Below, in pieces: positions 1-9,272 of a stretch of DNA of 64,000 bases. Below the pieces are notes generated by a model. It did no database searches and had not been told where the DNA came from. It was given only the letters and a program-made list of their open reading frames with translations. A program made the position numbers and the translations under genes. Source of the stretch: Minisyncoccota bacterium (GTDB taxonomy: Bacteria > Patescibacteriota > Minisyncoccia > 2-02-FULL-40-12 > GWA2-44-9); the NCBI GenBank assembly GCA_017992005.1, contig JAGOPO010000001.1:4646-68645 (forward strand), in the 5' to 3' direction. How positions within the stretch are numbered: the stretch's first letter is position 1; each line of letters opens with the position of its first letter.

Positions 1-464
1 AGAAGAAGTGGGTGGTTCTCTTTTTCTATCCGCGCGATTTTACCTTTGTATGCCCCACGGAGATCCGCGAGTTTGCTAAGTTGGAGGCGGAATTCAAGAA
101 GTGCGGATGCTCGATAGTGGGCGCGAGCACCGATAGCGAGCACAGTCACAAGGCTTGGTTTGAGCGCGATTTGCCCGAGGTTACCTATCCCATTCTTGCC
201 GATACCACACAGCAGGTGAGTCGTGACTACAATGTCCTGGGAGCAGATGGAGCAAGTCAACGGGGGACGTTCATCATCGACCCCGAGGGCGTGCTTCGCT
301 GGATGGTTGTCTCCGATAATTCAGTGGGACGCTCAGTGACTGAGACTGTGCGTGCGCTGCAGGCATTACAGACGGGGAATCTGTGCCCGATTGAGTGGGC
401 ACCAGGGGCTGCGTTTGTGGGGCCTGCGAAGCAAGCAAAAAAACCCGCCACCAAGAAGTCATAG
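1..464 (+). CDS. Peroxiredoxin (typical 2-Cys Prx/AhpC family), 5' end truncated by window start
   Basis: Translation ...KKWVVLFFYPRDFTFVCPTEI... carries the peroxidatic Cys motif FTFVCPTE; the reading frame continues upstream of position 12 to the window edge; stop at 464. Confidence 0.9.
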   Translation, partial: KKWVVLFFYPRDFTFVCPTEIREFAKLEAEFKKCGCSIVGASTDSEHSHKAWFERDLPEVTYPILADTTQQVSRDYNVLGADGASQRGTFIIDPEGVLRWMVVSDNSVGRSVTETVRALQALQTGNLCPIEWAPGAAFVGPAKQAKKPATKKS

Positions 465-497
465 TGAGACTCTGGACAATAGTAAATACTTGGGGTA

Positions 498-535
498 TAT
501 TCACCTCCTCGCTACACGAGGAGGTGAATAGTTTT
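498..535 (+). terminator. Perfect 14-bp inverted repeat (tattcacctcctcg-ctaca-cgaggaggtgaata) followed by TTTT; likely an intrinsic terminator after the peroxiredoxin gene. Its 3' arm is also a GAGGAGGTG Shine-Dalgarno for the next ORF.
   Basis: Stem 498-511/517-530 seen directly; T-run 532-535; TTG start of the next ORF at 534. Confidence 0.5.
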
Positions 536-896
536 GAAGCTTGATACATCGCACGTATCAACAACCAGTCAGTTGCGCAATATTCAGCGCATTCCGATCA
601 CATTTATTCCGGGGCTAGAGTATCCGTATGCTTCTGGAGTTCGTTGTGCTCTTTGCAGCAAGCCGTTGTCTCGACTCAATCCGCATATCGTCTGTTTTTC
701 TTGCATTCTTGAGGTGCGATCATCACAGTCTCAATCGCTCATAGAAGCTGCGCAGCATATTTTGCATATTCGGCGCCTGCCAGCTCATCTCACAGATGCT
801 CGTGAGCTTCGTCGGATGAATCATCGTATCGCACAGGCAACGCGTCGATGGCATCGTTTACGTGACCGACCACGATCCAACGAGGTACTCCGCTAG
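534..896 (+). CDS. Hypothetical small protein with two CxxC pairs (possible zinc ribbon)
   Basis: ORF with TTG start 7 nt after a GAGGAGGTG SD; CALC...CFSC motif; no recognisable family. Confidence 0.4.
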   Translation: MKLDTSHVSTTSQLRNIQRIPITFIPGLEYPYASGVRCALCSKPLSRLNPHIVCFSCILEVRSSQSQSLIEAAQHILHIRRLPAHLTDARELRRMNHRIAQATRRWHRLRDRPRSNEVLR

Positions 897-957
897 CTTT
901 AGCTGGCGGTTTTTTTATGAAAGCGTACACTGGAGTTGTAGAGAAATTCTCATTTCT

Positions 958-1884
958 ATGACATCAAACACAACCGCTCGCGATGTATTTATGTATTTAC
1001 TTTTGGTGATTGTTGTTGGTATGAGTGCGATGAATCTTGGTACGTTACTATTCCAGTATGTGAATATTTATGTTCCAGATTCTTCCTTGCAGCAATGCTT
1101 TGCGTCATCCTGTGTGCAAGCGATCCGTTGGGCGCTGGCGTCTCTAATAATTGTGTTTCCTGTGCTTCTTTGGGTCTGGAGATTCCTTCAACGGGATTGC
1201 ATCCAGTACCCAGAAAAACTTGATTCTCGGGTTCGAAGATGGATTCTGTATTTCTTATTGTTCGTGTCGGGAGTCGTTTTGATTGGCGATTTAGTTTCGC
1301 TCGTGTACAGCTGGCTACAAGGTGACTTCACGGTTCAGTTTGTCTTGAAGGTGCTCATCATCGCATACGTTGCAGGTTCGATTTTCTTCTACTTCCTTCG
1401 CGCGCTTAACCCGTCCAGCGGCGTTGGCTCAAAGATCGTTGGCTGGGTTGCCATCGGTGTGACTACCGTTACGCTCGTCGTGGGATTTATGTCATCGGGT
1501 TCGCCATTTCAGGCGAGATTAGAGCGTCTTGATAATCAACGCGTGCAGGATCTTCAAAATATTCAAAATCAAATTGTGTACTCGCACTGGTCCGCCAAGC
1601 AGTCGCTGCCGGGTACGTTGAGCGACCTGAACGATCCCATTAGTGGCTATGTTGTGCCGGTCGATCCACAGTCAAAAGTATCGTATGAATACACCAAGAA
1701 AGGGGATACTTCATTTGAGCTGTGTGCAGCGTTTGCGACTGAGCTACGCGTCGACACGAGCTTGAATCGAATCTCGTATCCTGTCGGAGCTAATTCCGCC
1801 GAAGGCAATTGGTTTCATGGCGTCGGTCGCACATGCTTTGAGCGTTCCATCGACACTCAGCTGTATCCACCGAAGACAAAGTAA
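958..1884 (+). CDS. Hypothetical integral membrane protein (multiple hydrophobic helices)
   Basis: Long ORF; the internal ATG at 958 (MTSNTTARDVFMYLLLVIVVG...) is chosen over the upstream TTG-type start at 862; several predicted TM segments; unknown family. Confidence 0.5.
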   Translation: MTSNTTARDVFMYLLLVIVVGMSAMNLGTLLFQYVNIYVPDSSLQQCFASSCVQAIRWALASLIIVFPVLLWVWRFLQRDCIQYPEKLDSRVRRWILYFLLFVSGVVLIGDLVSLVYSWLQGDFTVQFVLKVLIIAYVAGSIFFYFLRALNPSSGVGSKIVGWVAIGVTTVTLVVGFMSSGSPFQARLERLDNQRVQDLQNIQNQIVYSHWSAKQSLPGTLSDLNDPISGYVVPVDPQSKVSYEYTKKGDTSFELCAAFATELRVDTSLNRISYPVGANSAEGNWFHGVGRTCFERSIDTQLYPPKTK

Positions 1885-1892
1885 TAGTCGCC

Positions 1893-2465
1893 ATGAAGCG
1901 TATCATTCTTATTGCGATTTCCGTTACCTTGATAGGCATAGCTGGTTGGCTTCTGACCGGAAGAATGAGACAGCCTGATGACTCATCGCGAGCTGCTCTC
2001 GGTATCTCGGATATTGCGGTGCAAGAAACGCCGACACCGACGACAGGAGCGTTGGCGATGCAGGATTATAAAAAAATTATGAACATACCCGAAACAAAAG
2101 AATCGTCTGATGCTATGCGCACGACGCCTAGCGGTTTACAGATCCAAGAGGTGAAGATCGGAGAGGGCGACGAGGCTGTTGGCGGTCGGGGAGTCGCCGT
2201 GCATTACACGGGACGATTCCAAGATGGAAAAGTGTTCGATAGCTCTGTCGAGCGCGGGAAGCCATTCGAGTTTATTCTTGGGAAGGGTATGGTTATAAAG
2301 GGATGGGACGAGGGCGTACTCGGGATGAAGGTTGGCGGAAAGCGTAAGCTCATCATTCCGTCGGCTCTTGCATATGGCGAGCAGGGGGCTGGGGGAGTCA
2401 TTCCGCCAAATGCCACATTAGAATTCGACGTCGAGCTTCTCGCGGTGCAAACTGCTGCAAAATAA
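1893..2465 (+). CDS. FKBP-type peptidyl-prolyl cis-trans isomerase with N-terminal signal/anchor
   Basis: Canonical FKBP domain: VAVHYTGRFQDGKVFDSS...PFEFILGKGMVIKGWDEGVLGMKVGGKRKLIIP...LEFDVELL. Confidence 0.9.
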   Translation: MKRIILIAISVTLIGIAGWLLTGRMRQPDDSSRAALGISDIAVQETPTPTTGALAMQDYKKIMNIPETKESSDAMRTTPSGLQIQEVKIGEGDEAVGGRGVAVHYTGRFQDGKVFDSSVERGKPFEFILGKGMVIKGWDEGVLGMKVGGKRKLIIPSALAYGEQGAGGVIPPNATLEFDVELLAVQTAAK

Positions 2466-2781
2466 CCATCGTGATTTTGCGACATATCGGCACGTTTCGC
2501 GTACGTATGTAAACGTTGATAACCTGTGGATAACTTTTAAGAGGGAGGGGAGCGAGCTGATTGTTTCGCGAAGGTGCGGCGCATTGTTTCGTTGCGCGCC
2601 CTGAAGCTGTGCGTTTACGCTTAGTACCAGATGCGATGTTGGCGGAGGGTCTAGTGGTTGGTACGAATTTGCCAACCCCCTACTCTCCCCTTGCGGGGTG
2701 TTTTTGTATTTCAGTAGCAACCGTTACACTCATTGCGGGTGTATGGTTGAATGTCGCATAACGAAGAAGAGGTGCAATTGA

Positions 2782-3561
2782 TTGTATTGCTCATGTAAAT
2801 CTGCTAGCGTAAGCGCCATGAAATTCAGACCGGCGTGGACCATAGCAGCCTCTGTGCTCGTAGTGACCGCTTCACTCTTCTCTATTCGCTATCTAGATCG
2901 TTTGCCGTCGGAACGATTGGCCGCACTTTTAGGTATTACGGTTACGGTGCGCGATATCAATCAGACGCCAATCCCGTCTTCTCAAGTTATTCCGGCCCAA
3001 GGTAATGAATCTGCGATACTTGGACTCGTTACAATTCAGACATATTCTGGCTCCGCGCTGATTCGCCAAGGAACTGGAACCGCTGTTTCGGTTGATGGAC
3101 TTGTGTTAACGCTAGCAAGTATCGCCCCTTATGGTTCCGGCTCGTATGTCTATCAGGTGGCTACGCCGCATGGTCAGGTCGTCCGCGCATATCGCGTAGC
3201 AAGCGATCGCCAGGCGGGCTTAGTGCTCCTCAAGGCGGATATTGGTGATCTTGATGCAGTATTGTTTGATGACGGAGCTCGGGGGCTCAATTCAGGCCAG
3301 GGGCTTGAGGCAGTATCATCTCGTATAGCGGTTTCGCAATTCGAGATTATGAGACTCCCCGTGTGGGTCGTATCAAATGTGCGTGATCATGAGATCACGC
3401 TATCGCTTGATCGTGCATACGGTCCATTATTTCATGGCGCGCGACTGATTGATGCTTCTCAGCGATCGGTCGGGATCATCCGGTATGGTGCACAACCAGT
3501 GCTCATATCTGCGGCAAGTCTGAATTCGTTTATTGAGTCGTATCTTGCTGGAGTTAAGTAA
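2782..3561 (+). CDS. Trypsin-like (S1C/HtrA-like) peptidase-fold protein with signal anchor; the catalytic His region appears substituted (possibly an inactive pseudo-protease)
   Basis: GTGTAVSVDGLVLT and LVLLKADIGDLDAV resemble S1C blocks, but no NAHV-type His motif is present; an AGAGGTG SD precedes the TTG at 2782; alternative ATG start at 2818 (MKFRPAWTIAASVLVV). Confidence 0.45.
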   Translation: MYCSCKSASVSAMKFRPAWTIAASVLVVTASLFSIRYLDRLPSERLAALLGITVTVRDINQTPIPSSQVIPAQGNESAILGLVTIQTYSGSALIRQGTGTAVSVDGLVLTLASIAPYGSGSYVYQVATPHGQVVRAYRVASDRQAGLVLLKADIGDLDAVLFDDGARGLNSGQGLEAVSSRIAVSQFEIMRLPVWVVSNVRDHEITLSLDRAYGPLFHGARLIDASQRSVGIIRYGAQPVLISAASLNSFIESYLAGVK

Positions 3562-3569
3562 CGCCATCT

Positions 3570-4142
3570 ATGGAGCAATCTCTCGAACGACAAGTGGTTC
3601 GAACGGCATCTGCTCTTGTGGTTGCGTCGGTGCACGCAACGAGTACAGAGCTTATTGTTGAGATGCGCGATCGGGCATTCCATGCTCTCTCGCTACGATT
3701 GAAAGAGGCGGGGTGTCTCGAGGAGCTTGCGTTGTGGTGTCGCGATGCCGGCGACCTTCTCCAGGAGGCTCTCGATGCGCGTGCCATATCTGCTGACGTG
3801 GGGGCGCGAACGCTTGCGTTGATTTTGAAGCTGCGCCTTTCGGTGTTGCGCTCAGTGACGGCAGAGCTTCAGATGTTGGTCAAAAAAGCCGGTGACGCTG
3901 CGATGAAAAAACGGCCTCAGCAAGATCCACCACCGAAGATAACGCTCACGGAAAATACAAAAAAAGTCTTGGAGTATATCAAGTCCAATAAAGATATCAG
4001 AACAAAAGAACTCATAGACCACTTCTCAAAGCAGTTTTCGTCACGAAGTACGAAGCGATATCTTTCAGAGCTGCTCGCGCAAAAAATTCTCCAGCGACGC
4101 GTGCATCCTGATGGTGGTGTTTCCTATGTTGAGCGAGTGTAG
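3570..4142 (+). CDS. Hypothetical protein with a C-terminal winged-helix-like DNA-binding segment
   Basis: The C-terminal ~60 aa (KVLEYIKSNKDIRTKELIDHFS...STKRYLSELLAQKIL) is HTH-like; the N-terminal part is unrecognised. Confidence 0.4.
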   Translation: MEQSLERQVVRTASALVVASVHATSTELIVEMRDRAFHALSLRLKEAGCLEELALWCRDAGDLLQEALDARAISADVGARTLALILKLRLSVLRSVTAELQMLVKKAGDAAMKKRPQQDPPPKITLTENTKKVLEYIKSNKDIRTKELIDHFSKQFSSRSTKRYLSELLAQKILQRRVHPDGGVSYVERV

Positions 4143-4155
4143 TTTTCCTCCGATG

Positions 4156-4183
4156 TTGACACCACATATTGCTTTGCTATAAC
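4156..4183 (+). promoter_or_regulatory. Sigma70-like promoter TTGACA-16nt-TATAAC upstream of the lamin-tail-domain gene
   Basis: Hexamers at 4156-4161 and 4178-4183 read directly from the sequence. Confidence 0.5.
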
Positions 4184-4309
4184 AACGCCCACAGATGTCG
4201 TTAGTTGATACCCTGCCGTGATCGCCGACGTGGACCATTATCCCTCCTTGGTTCACATCGACATTCGTATCATGGCAGGATATGAATTCGCGCCTCGCTG
4301 CCCACTATA

Positions 4310-5257
4310 ATGTCTCCCGCAAAGTCAGTACTTCTAGCGGTTGTAATTGCAGGCGTCGCGTACGGTGCCGCCACTGTCTTTGGCGGCGCCAGGCAATCAA
4401 GTGACAGTACTGGTGCCATCAGTGGCGCGCTGGTGACAGTTACCGTGTCACCTGGTGCCACGCAGGTGACACGTGGTGACAGGCGAGGTGTCACATCGGT
4501 GACACCTCGTAACGTCGCGGTGACACCATTGCTGTCACCAGCTGGCACTAGCGTGTCACCACTCGTTCCTCGCGTAAGCGTTGCAGTTTCGAATGCACCA
4601 AGTGCAACGCCCGCTCCTGTACTGTCCAGTTTGCCGAGTCCGATTGTTGCGAGGACTGCAACGCCCACTCCGGTGGTGCAGACGCCGACACCGGTTCCAA
4701 GTGCAACGGTTACACCTTCTCCAGCGCCGACTCCTGCGGCGCCAGCAAGCACTGCAGTGGTGATCAATGAGGTCGCTTGGGCTGGCACCGCAGCTAACGC
4801 GTCCGACGAATGGATCGAGCTCTTCAACTACGGGAGTAGCGCTATCGACCTGTCAGGGTGGGGGCTGTTTGAGGGCGCAACGCAAATCATTGAGCTCAAA
4901 GGAGTGATTGGTGCCGGAGAGTATTGGCTTATCGAGCGAACCGACGATTCAACCGTGTCTGATATAGCCGCAGATGTTATTGGTCCGTTTTCTGGGTCCG
5001 GCTTGAGTAATAGTGGTGAGGCACTCTCGTTGCGCACAGCGATGGGTGTATCCGTCGATATTGTTGATTGCGCCGCCGAATGGTTCAACGCTGGATTGGT
5101 CGCTCAAAAACAGACCATGGAGCGTAAAGATCCACGAACGAGTGGCTCAGAGGCAACCAACTGGGGCTCAAATTCGGGGGCGATCACGACCGGATTGGAT
5201 GCCAAATTCACTCCCATAGTGGGGACTCCAAAGTTCAAAAATAGCCTCGCGCTCTAA
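4310..5257 (+). CDS. Lamin tail domain (LTD)-containing secreted/anchored protein with a Pro/Thr/Val/Ser-rich linker
   Basis: N-terminal hydrophobic anchor, then PT/VT-rich linker, then LTD signature VVINEVAW...DEWIELFNYG...DLSGWGL. Confidence 0.75.
   Translation: MSPAKSVLLAVVIAGVAYGAATVFGGARQSSDSTGAISGALVTVTVSPGATQVTRGDRRGVTSVTPRNVAVTPLLSPAGTSVSPLVPRVSVAVSNAPSATPAPVLSSLPSPIVARTATPTPVVQTPTPVPSATVTPSPAPTPAAPASTAVVINEVAWAGTAANASDEWIELFNYGSSAIDLSGWGLFEGATQIIELKGVIGAGEYWLIERTDDSTVSDIAADVIGPFSGSGLSNSGEALSLRTAMGVSVDIVDCAAEWFNAGLVAQKQTMERKDPRTSGSEATNWGSNSGAITTGLDAKFTPIVGTPKFKNSLAL
4434..4560. repeat. Array of about 9 alternating GTGACAC / GTGTCAC heptamers (each the reverse complement of the other) inside the LTD gene linker
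   Basis: Direct reading: ggtgacag, gtgtcacc, ggtgacacg, ggtgacagg, gtgtcaca, ggtgacacc, ggtgacacc, tgtcacc, gtgtcacc; encodes a VT/VS-rich peptide with strictly biased codons. Confidence 0.6.
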
Positions 5258-5297
5258 AAGTAGTGGGAATTGACTTGGTTTATCCACAAAAATGCTA

Positions 5298-5325
5298 TTG
5301 TTGGCTTTCGGAGTTTCGCTATAAT
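5298..5325 (+). promoter_or_regulatory. Candidate promoter TTGTTG-16nt-TATAAT about 565 nt upstream of the large surface-protein gene (would give a long 5' UTR)
   Basis: Hexamers 5298-5303 and 5320-5325; no convincing ORF lies between this promoter and 5891. Confidence 0.35.
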
Positions 5326-5890
5326 GATTTTGTTACCACGGTTTCTGAGTCGGGCAGCGGTTCGCAGTTGGTGAGGAAAGTATTGACTTTTCTTGCCTAT
5401 CTGCTATCCTAGAGGTCACCGCTCCCATTGCGTATAACCGCGGTAAAAGTACCCTTCAAACCCTTGACAGGTCATCAAAAAAGCCATTTTGGCTTGATTT
5501 TGGTGCTTGAGCTTTCGATCTTTGTGGCTAGTGGCCCCAAAGATGGACAGCCCAGGAAAGAACGTTGAAAACAAAGGATAAGCAAGATCATACTGTTGCA
5601 AATGTTGCATGACCGAATATGGAAGCGAAAGAACCCTTTCCGTAGTCACCAGAACGGGTCTTGGTAGTTATTTCAGCGAGGAGTCCGATGCTCCTTGGTC
5701 GAAGTGGGAGTACTCGGAACCGTATACAGCAATGTGTGCGGCCTGCGTGTTCGAACAAGATCCAGTTGCTTCGTCGAAAGACGGAGTGACGCAAGCAGTG
5801 CAGTGCAGTTTAATACCCTCTTCCCCTCTCATTGCTCGTCCCCCAGTAGGGAGGCGATACGGTGGAGCGAGATGAGGTTCACCCTAGATA

Positions 5891-8800
5891 ATGTCTAATT
5901 CTATCAAGGGCTACGTCCGCACCGTTGCGGCAAGCCTGACGATGGCGTCTACGGTGCTCTCCTTGGCAGGCTTCGCAGCCTTCCCAGTTGCAGCATACGC
6001 AGTCGCTCCAGCAGATTTCGGACTCCGAGAAGGAGACGTGATCCGCGCCACTGGCGATGTCGATTTGTATATCGTCAATGATATGGGCTACAAGCGCTTG
6101 TTTGTAAACCCAGCAATCTTCAACCTCTACGGCCACCTCGGCTGGAGCAAGGTGAAGGAAGTTGCACCTTCCACCCGCGATGCGTTCGTGACCTCTGGTC
6201 TCTTCCGCGTTGATGGTGATGCAAAGGTCTATGGCTTGGACGTCGTGTCCGAGGATGTAGCAAACCTTCGCTGGGTCAACACAACCGGTGCACAGGCAGT
6301 TGTCGATGATGCGAACTTCTTCAAGAAGGTCTTCACCGTCAATGCTGCTGAAAAGGCTTTGTATGGAATGGGCGCAGACTACACGTCTGTTCTCCAGGTT
6401 CCAAACTACAGCCGTGGCACAACCGTTGCGACTGGTCCATTGAGCGCATCTTTGGCCTACTCCAACCCAGCATCCTCAACATTGATCGAAACCCAGTCCA
6501 TGGCGGACTTGGCACACTTCAGTGTTATGGGATCTGGTGCAGTCACCAAGCTCGTCCTCAAGAAGCTCGGTGTCGCAGGTGATTCTACCCTCAGCAATGT
6601 CTATCTCTTCGTAAATGGAGAGCGCAAGTCTGATGGATTCACGTTCGCAAGTGGAGAGCTTACGCTCAACAATGCAGCTGGATTCTTCACGGCTCCTGCG
6701 ACGGTTTCTATCCGTGGAAATATTGCGGATACTACTGCCGGACAGACGATTGGTGTCGGTTTGACGATGTTGAATGATTCAGTTGTGTCTGTGAATGGAA
6801 ACATCCACACGATTGCAACGAACCCATCTGACCTCGGTAGCGTTACCGTTGTTGCTCCAACGAGCGCAGGCGACGTTAATCCACAGAGCGACGTTAAAGT
6901 ATGGGAATCTGATCTTACTATCGGTGGCAATGATATGTACTTGAAGCGCTTGTCGCTTCGCTTGCTCGGTTCCTCGAGCGTCGCAGACTTCCGCAACTTC
7001 CGCCTCTTCGTTGATGGCACACAGGTTGCTACGTCCGCTGGCTTCGATGCAAACGAGTATGTGCACTTCTTGACCAACACGAAGATCACGACCAGTGCGG
7101 GAGCGGTTGTGAAAGTTGTCGCTGATATCGTCAGCGGTTCCACTCGAACATACCAGTTCCAGCTCAAGGGTGCCTACGATTTGGAAGTCATGGATGCTGA
7201 TTACAGCGTCAACGTGACCCCAGGAGGTACCTTCCCAGCGGCCCCATCCTCAGGCACGATCGGCGGAGCTTCAGTTACGTCCATCAAGGCAACCAACTCG
7301 CCATCCGGTGATGTTGTCGATGCTGCAGATGACGTCGTCTGGGCAACCTACACACTCACCACCTACGGTGAAGCTGTGAAGATCGATACACTTAGCTTCT
7401 ATGCATCGGTTTCTGACAGCAATGTTGGATCCCTTCGCGATGGTCGCGTGTTGATCAACGGTGTTCAGTACGGTAGCACCCAGAGCTTGCTTGAGACTGC
7501 TTCTACGTCCTTCACAGTCAACTACACTCTCGTTCCTGGTTCGCCAGCAACGGTTGAGGTCCGTGCAGATGCATACGATGCATCCAGCACAGAGGATCTT
7601 ACTTCAGGTGATGTTGTCTCCGTTGTTATGGACTTCGACTCCGGTAACGCCGAGGGCGTAAGCTCAGGTAACTCCGTGAACGTTCCTGGCTCCGATATCG
7701 AAGGTAACAATCGTTCGATTGTCACCGGCTCGATGACGTTGACCAAGAACAGCGGCTATGCAAACCAGACCGTCGTTCTTCCTCAGACCGCATTCAAAGT
7801 TGGTGAGTGGAATCTTGTTGGACCAAGCACCGAAGCGGTCAACTTGAACACATTCTCACTTGATGTCAATGAGGTCGTCGGCTCGACCTTCAACGAATCT
7901 GATCTTCAGGATTTGTACATTGTGTACGGATCTCAGACGACCACGATCAAGGGAACGGTCTCAGCTGATGGTCAGGACAACGAGTTCTCGGTTAGCAAGC
8001 AGCTTGCCGCATCCGAAACCTTGAACATCAAGGCGTATGCAACCTTGAAGTCCGGTAGCGTTACTGCGAATGACTCCTTCAAGACGGACCTCTCGATCAA
8101 CGGTACAACCGTTTCTTCGGGAACTTCCTTGAACGGAAATTCAACCAACTCCGATATCGATGGTCAGACCATTGCATACGGTGCTGGTTCCTTGACGCTT
8201 GCACTTGATGCAGACTCTCCTGTCGCCCGCATCGTTGCGGATGGCCAGACTGTTGATGCAGCAAAGTTCAAGCTCACTGCAGTCAACGACACCTACAAGC
8301 CAACTCGTCTTATCTTCGGATTGACGAACACAGCTGGTATCGATTCGGCAACCGTTACGGATGGCTCGACCACCGTCGCGATGTCGATCGGCGCAGCTTC
8401 AGCTTCTATCGATCTTAACTCAGCACAGCAGGAAGCCTTCAAGGTGACCGCTGGCTCGACAAAGGTCCTTACGGTGAAGTTGGCTATCGGTTCGATTGAA
8501 ACACCAAATGGTGCAGGTACTGGCTTGAGTCACGCCGTCACCTTCGATGTTTCTGAGAGTAAGGCAATGGCAGCTTCTTCTGGAACAGAGAGCACGTTCA
8601 CGTCGCTTTCCCAGACGAACAAGAGCGGCAACGCCTTGTATGCCTATGCTGCAATCCCAACCATCAGCCGTATTGCCCTCCCAAGCACTGTGCTCGCCAA
8701 TGGCACCACAACGCTTGCGAAGTGGTCAGTCAGCTCTGGCGGAACTGGAACGATCGGCTGGATCAAGAGCATCTTTACGGTGACTCCAAGCTCAGGCGTA

Positions 8801-9178
8801 TCCGTTTCCAGTCTCTCGGTATGGGATGCTGATTCCAACACCCAGATCACTGGTGGAATCTCAAGCTCTTCGAACGTAGTTACCTTCCTCGCAACCAATG
8901 AGCAGGAAATCAGTGGTGCGAAGAACTACTACCTCAAGGGTACTGTTGCAGGAACGGATGGTACTTCCGACAGTGTTGTGGTCACGTGGAACGCTGGTAG
9001 CACCGCATATGGCGCATCAGCTGCTTCTTCATCGGCCGCGACCGCTGGCGCAGGAACTGCATCGTTCGTCTGGACGGATCAGTCGCTCAAGTCGCCTCAC
9101 ACCGAGTCGACCGCAGACTGGAACAACGACTGGCTCGTCAAGAATCTCTCCTTGGATTCCTGGACACTCCAGAACTAA
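5891..9178 (+). CDS. Large secreted S/T/G/V-rich cell-surface protein (S-layer-like / Ig-like beta-sandwich repeats); candidate glycosylation substrate
   Basis: Signal peptide MSNSIKGYVRTVAASLTMASTVLSLAGFAAFPVAAYA; 1095 aa of low-complexity beta-rich composition with many D-S/T sites; long upstream region and a strong terminator downstream (architecture of highly expressed S-layer genes). Confidence 0.8.
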   Translation: MSNSIKGYVRTVAASLTMASTVLSLAGFAAFPVAAYAVAPADFGLREGDVIRATGDVDLYIVNDMGYKRLFVNPAIFNLYGHLGWSKVKEVAPSTRDAFVTSGLFRVDGDAKVYGLDVVSEDVANLRWVNTTGAQAVVDDANFFKKVFTVNAAEKALYGMGADYTSVLQVPNYSRGTTVATGPLSASLAYSNPASSTLIETQSMADLAHFSVMGSGAVTKLVLKKLGVAGDSTLSNVYLFVNGERKSDGFTFASGELTLNNAAGFFTAPATVSIRGNIADTTAGQTIGVGLTMLNDSVVSVNGNIHTIATNPSDLGSVTVVAPTSAGDVNPQSDVKVWESDLTIGGNDMYLKRLSLRLLGSSSVADFRNFRLFVDGTQVATSAGFDANEYVHFLTNTKITTSAGAVVKVVADIVSGSTRTYQFQLKGAYDLEVMDADYSVNVTPGGTFPAAPSSGTIGGASVTSIKATNSPSGDVVDAADDVVWATYTLTTYGEAVKIDTLSFYASVSDSNVGSLRDGRVLINGVQYGSTQSLLETASTSFTVNYTLVPGSPATVEVRADAYDASSTEDLTSGDVVSVVMDFDSGNAEGVSSGNSVNVPGSDIEGNNRSIVTGSMTLTKNSGYANQTVVLPQTAFKVGEWNLVGPSTEAVNLNTFSLDVNEVVGSTFNESDLQDLYIVYGSQTTTIKGTVSADGQDNEFSVSKQLAASETLNIKAYATLKSGSVTANDSFKTDLSINGTTVSSGTSLNGNSTNSDIDGQTIAYGAGSLTLALDADSPVARIVADGQTVDAAKFKLTAVNDTYKPTRLIFGLTNTAGIDSATVTDGSTTVAMSIGAASASIDLNSAQQEAFKVTAGSTKVLTVKLAIGSIETPNGAGTGLSHAVTFDVSESKAMAASSGTESTFTSLSQTNKSGNALYAYAAIPTISRIALPSTVLANGTTTLAKWSVSSGGTGTIGWIKSIFTVTPSSGVSVSSLSVWDADSNTQITGGISSSSNVVTFLATNEQEISGAKNYYLKGTVAGTDGTSDSVVVTWNAGSTAYGASAASSSAATAGAGTASFVWTDQSLKSPHTESTADWNNDWLVKNLSLDSWTLQN

Positions 9179-9208
9179 GCTGTTGGTTGCCTGATAGGTT
9201 AGAAGTTT

Positions 9209-9240
9209 CCAAAACCCCCCGAAAGGGGGGTTTTGGTTTG
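9209..9240 (+). terminator. Strong rho-independent terminator (12-bp GC stem ccaaaacccccc/ggggggttttgg with GAAA loop, then T-run)
   Basis: Seen directly, 31 nt after the surface-protein stop. Confidence 0.85.
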
Positions 9241-9272
9241 AACTAATCGTACATATTGCTAGTATTAATAAT

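Noticed and set aside
4270-4827. 185-aa minus-strand ORF antisense to the LTD gene
   Set aside because: Low-complexity mirror ORF created by the symmetric GTGACAC/GTGTCAC repeat; no start signals; the + strand gene carries a recognisable LTD domain.
5340-5700. Possible RNase P RNA (GAGGAAAGT and CAGAACGGGTCTTGG resemble CR-I/CR-V)
   Set aside because: The conserved CR-I continuation (UCCGGGCUC) and the AGGGUGAAA element are absent; the resemblance is too partial to call without a covariance-model search.
6601-7167. Minus-strand ORFs (188 and 95 aa) inside the surface-protein gene
   Set aside because: Embedded antisense in a long, well-supported + strand CDS; no RBS or promoter; composition typical of antisense ORFs in GC-biased repeats.
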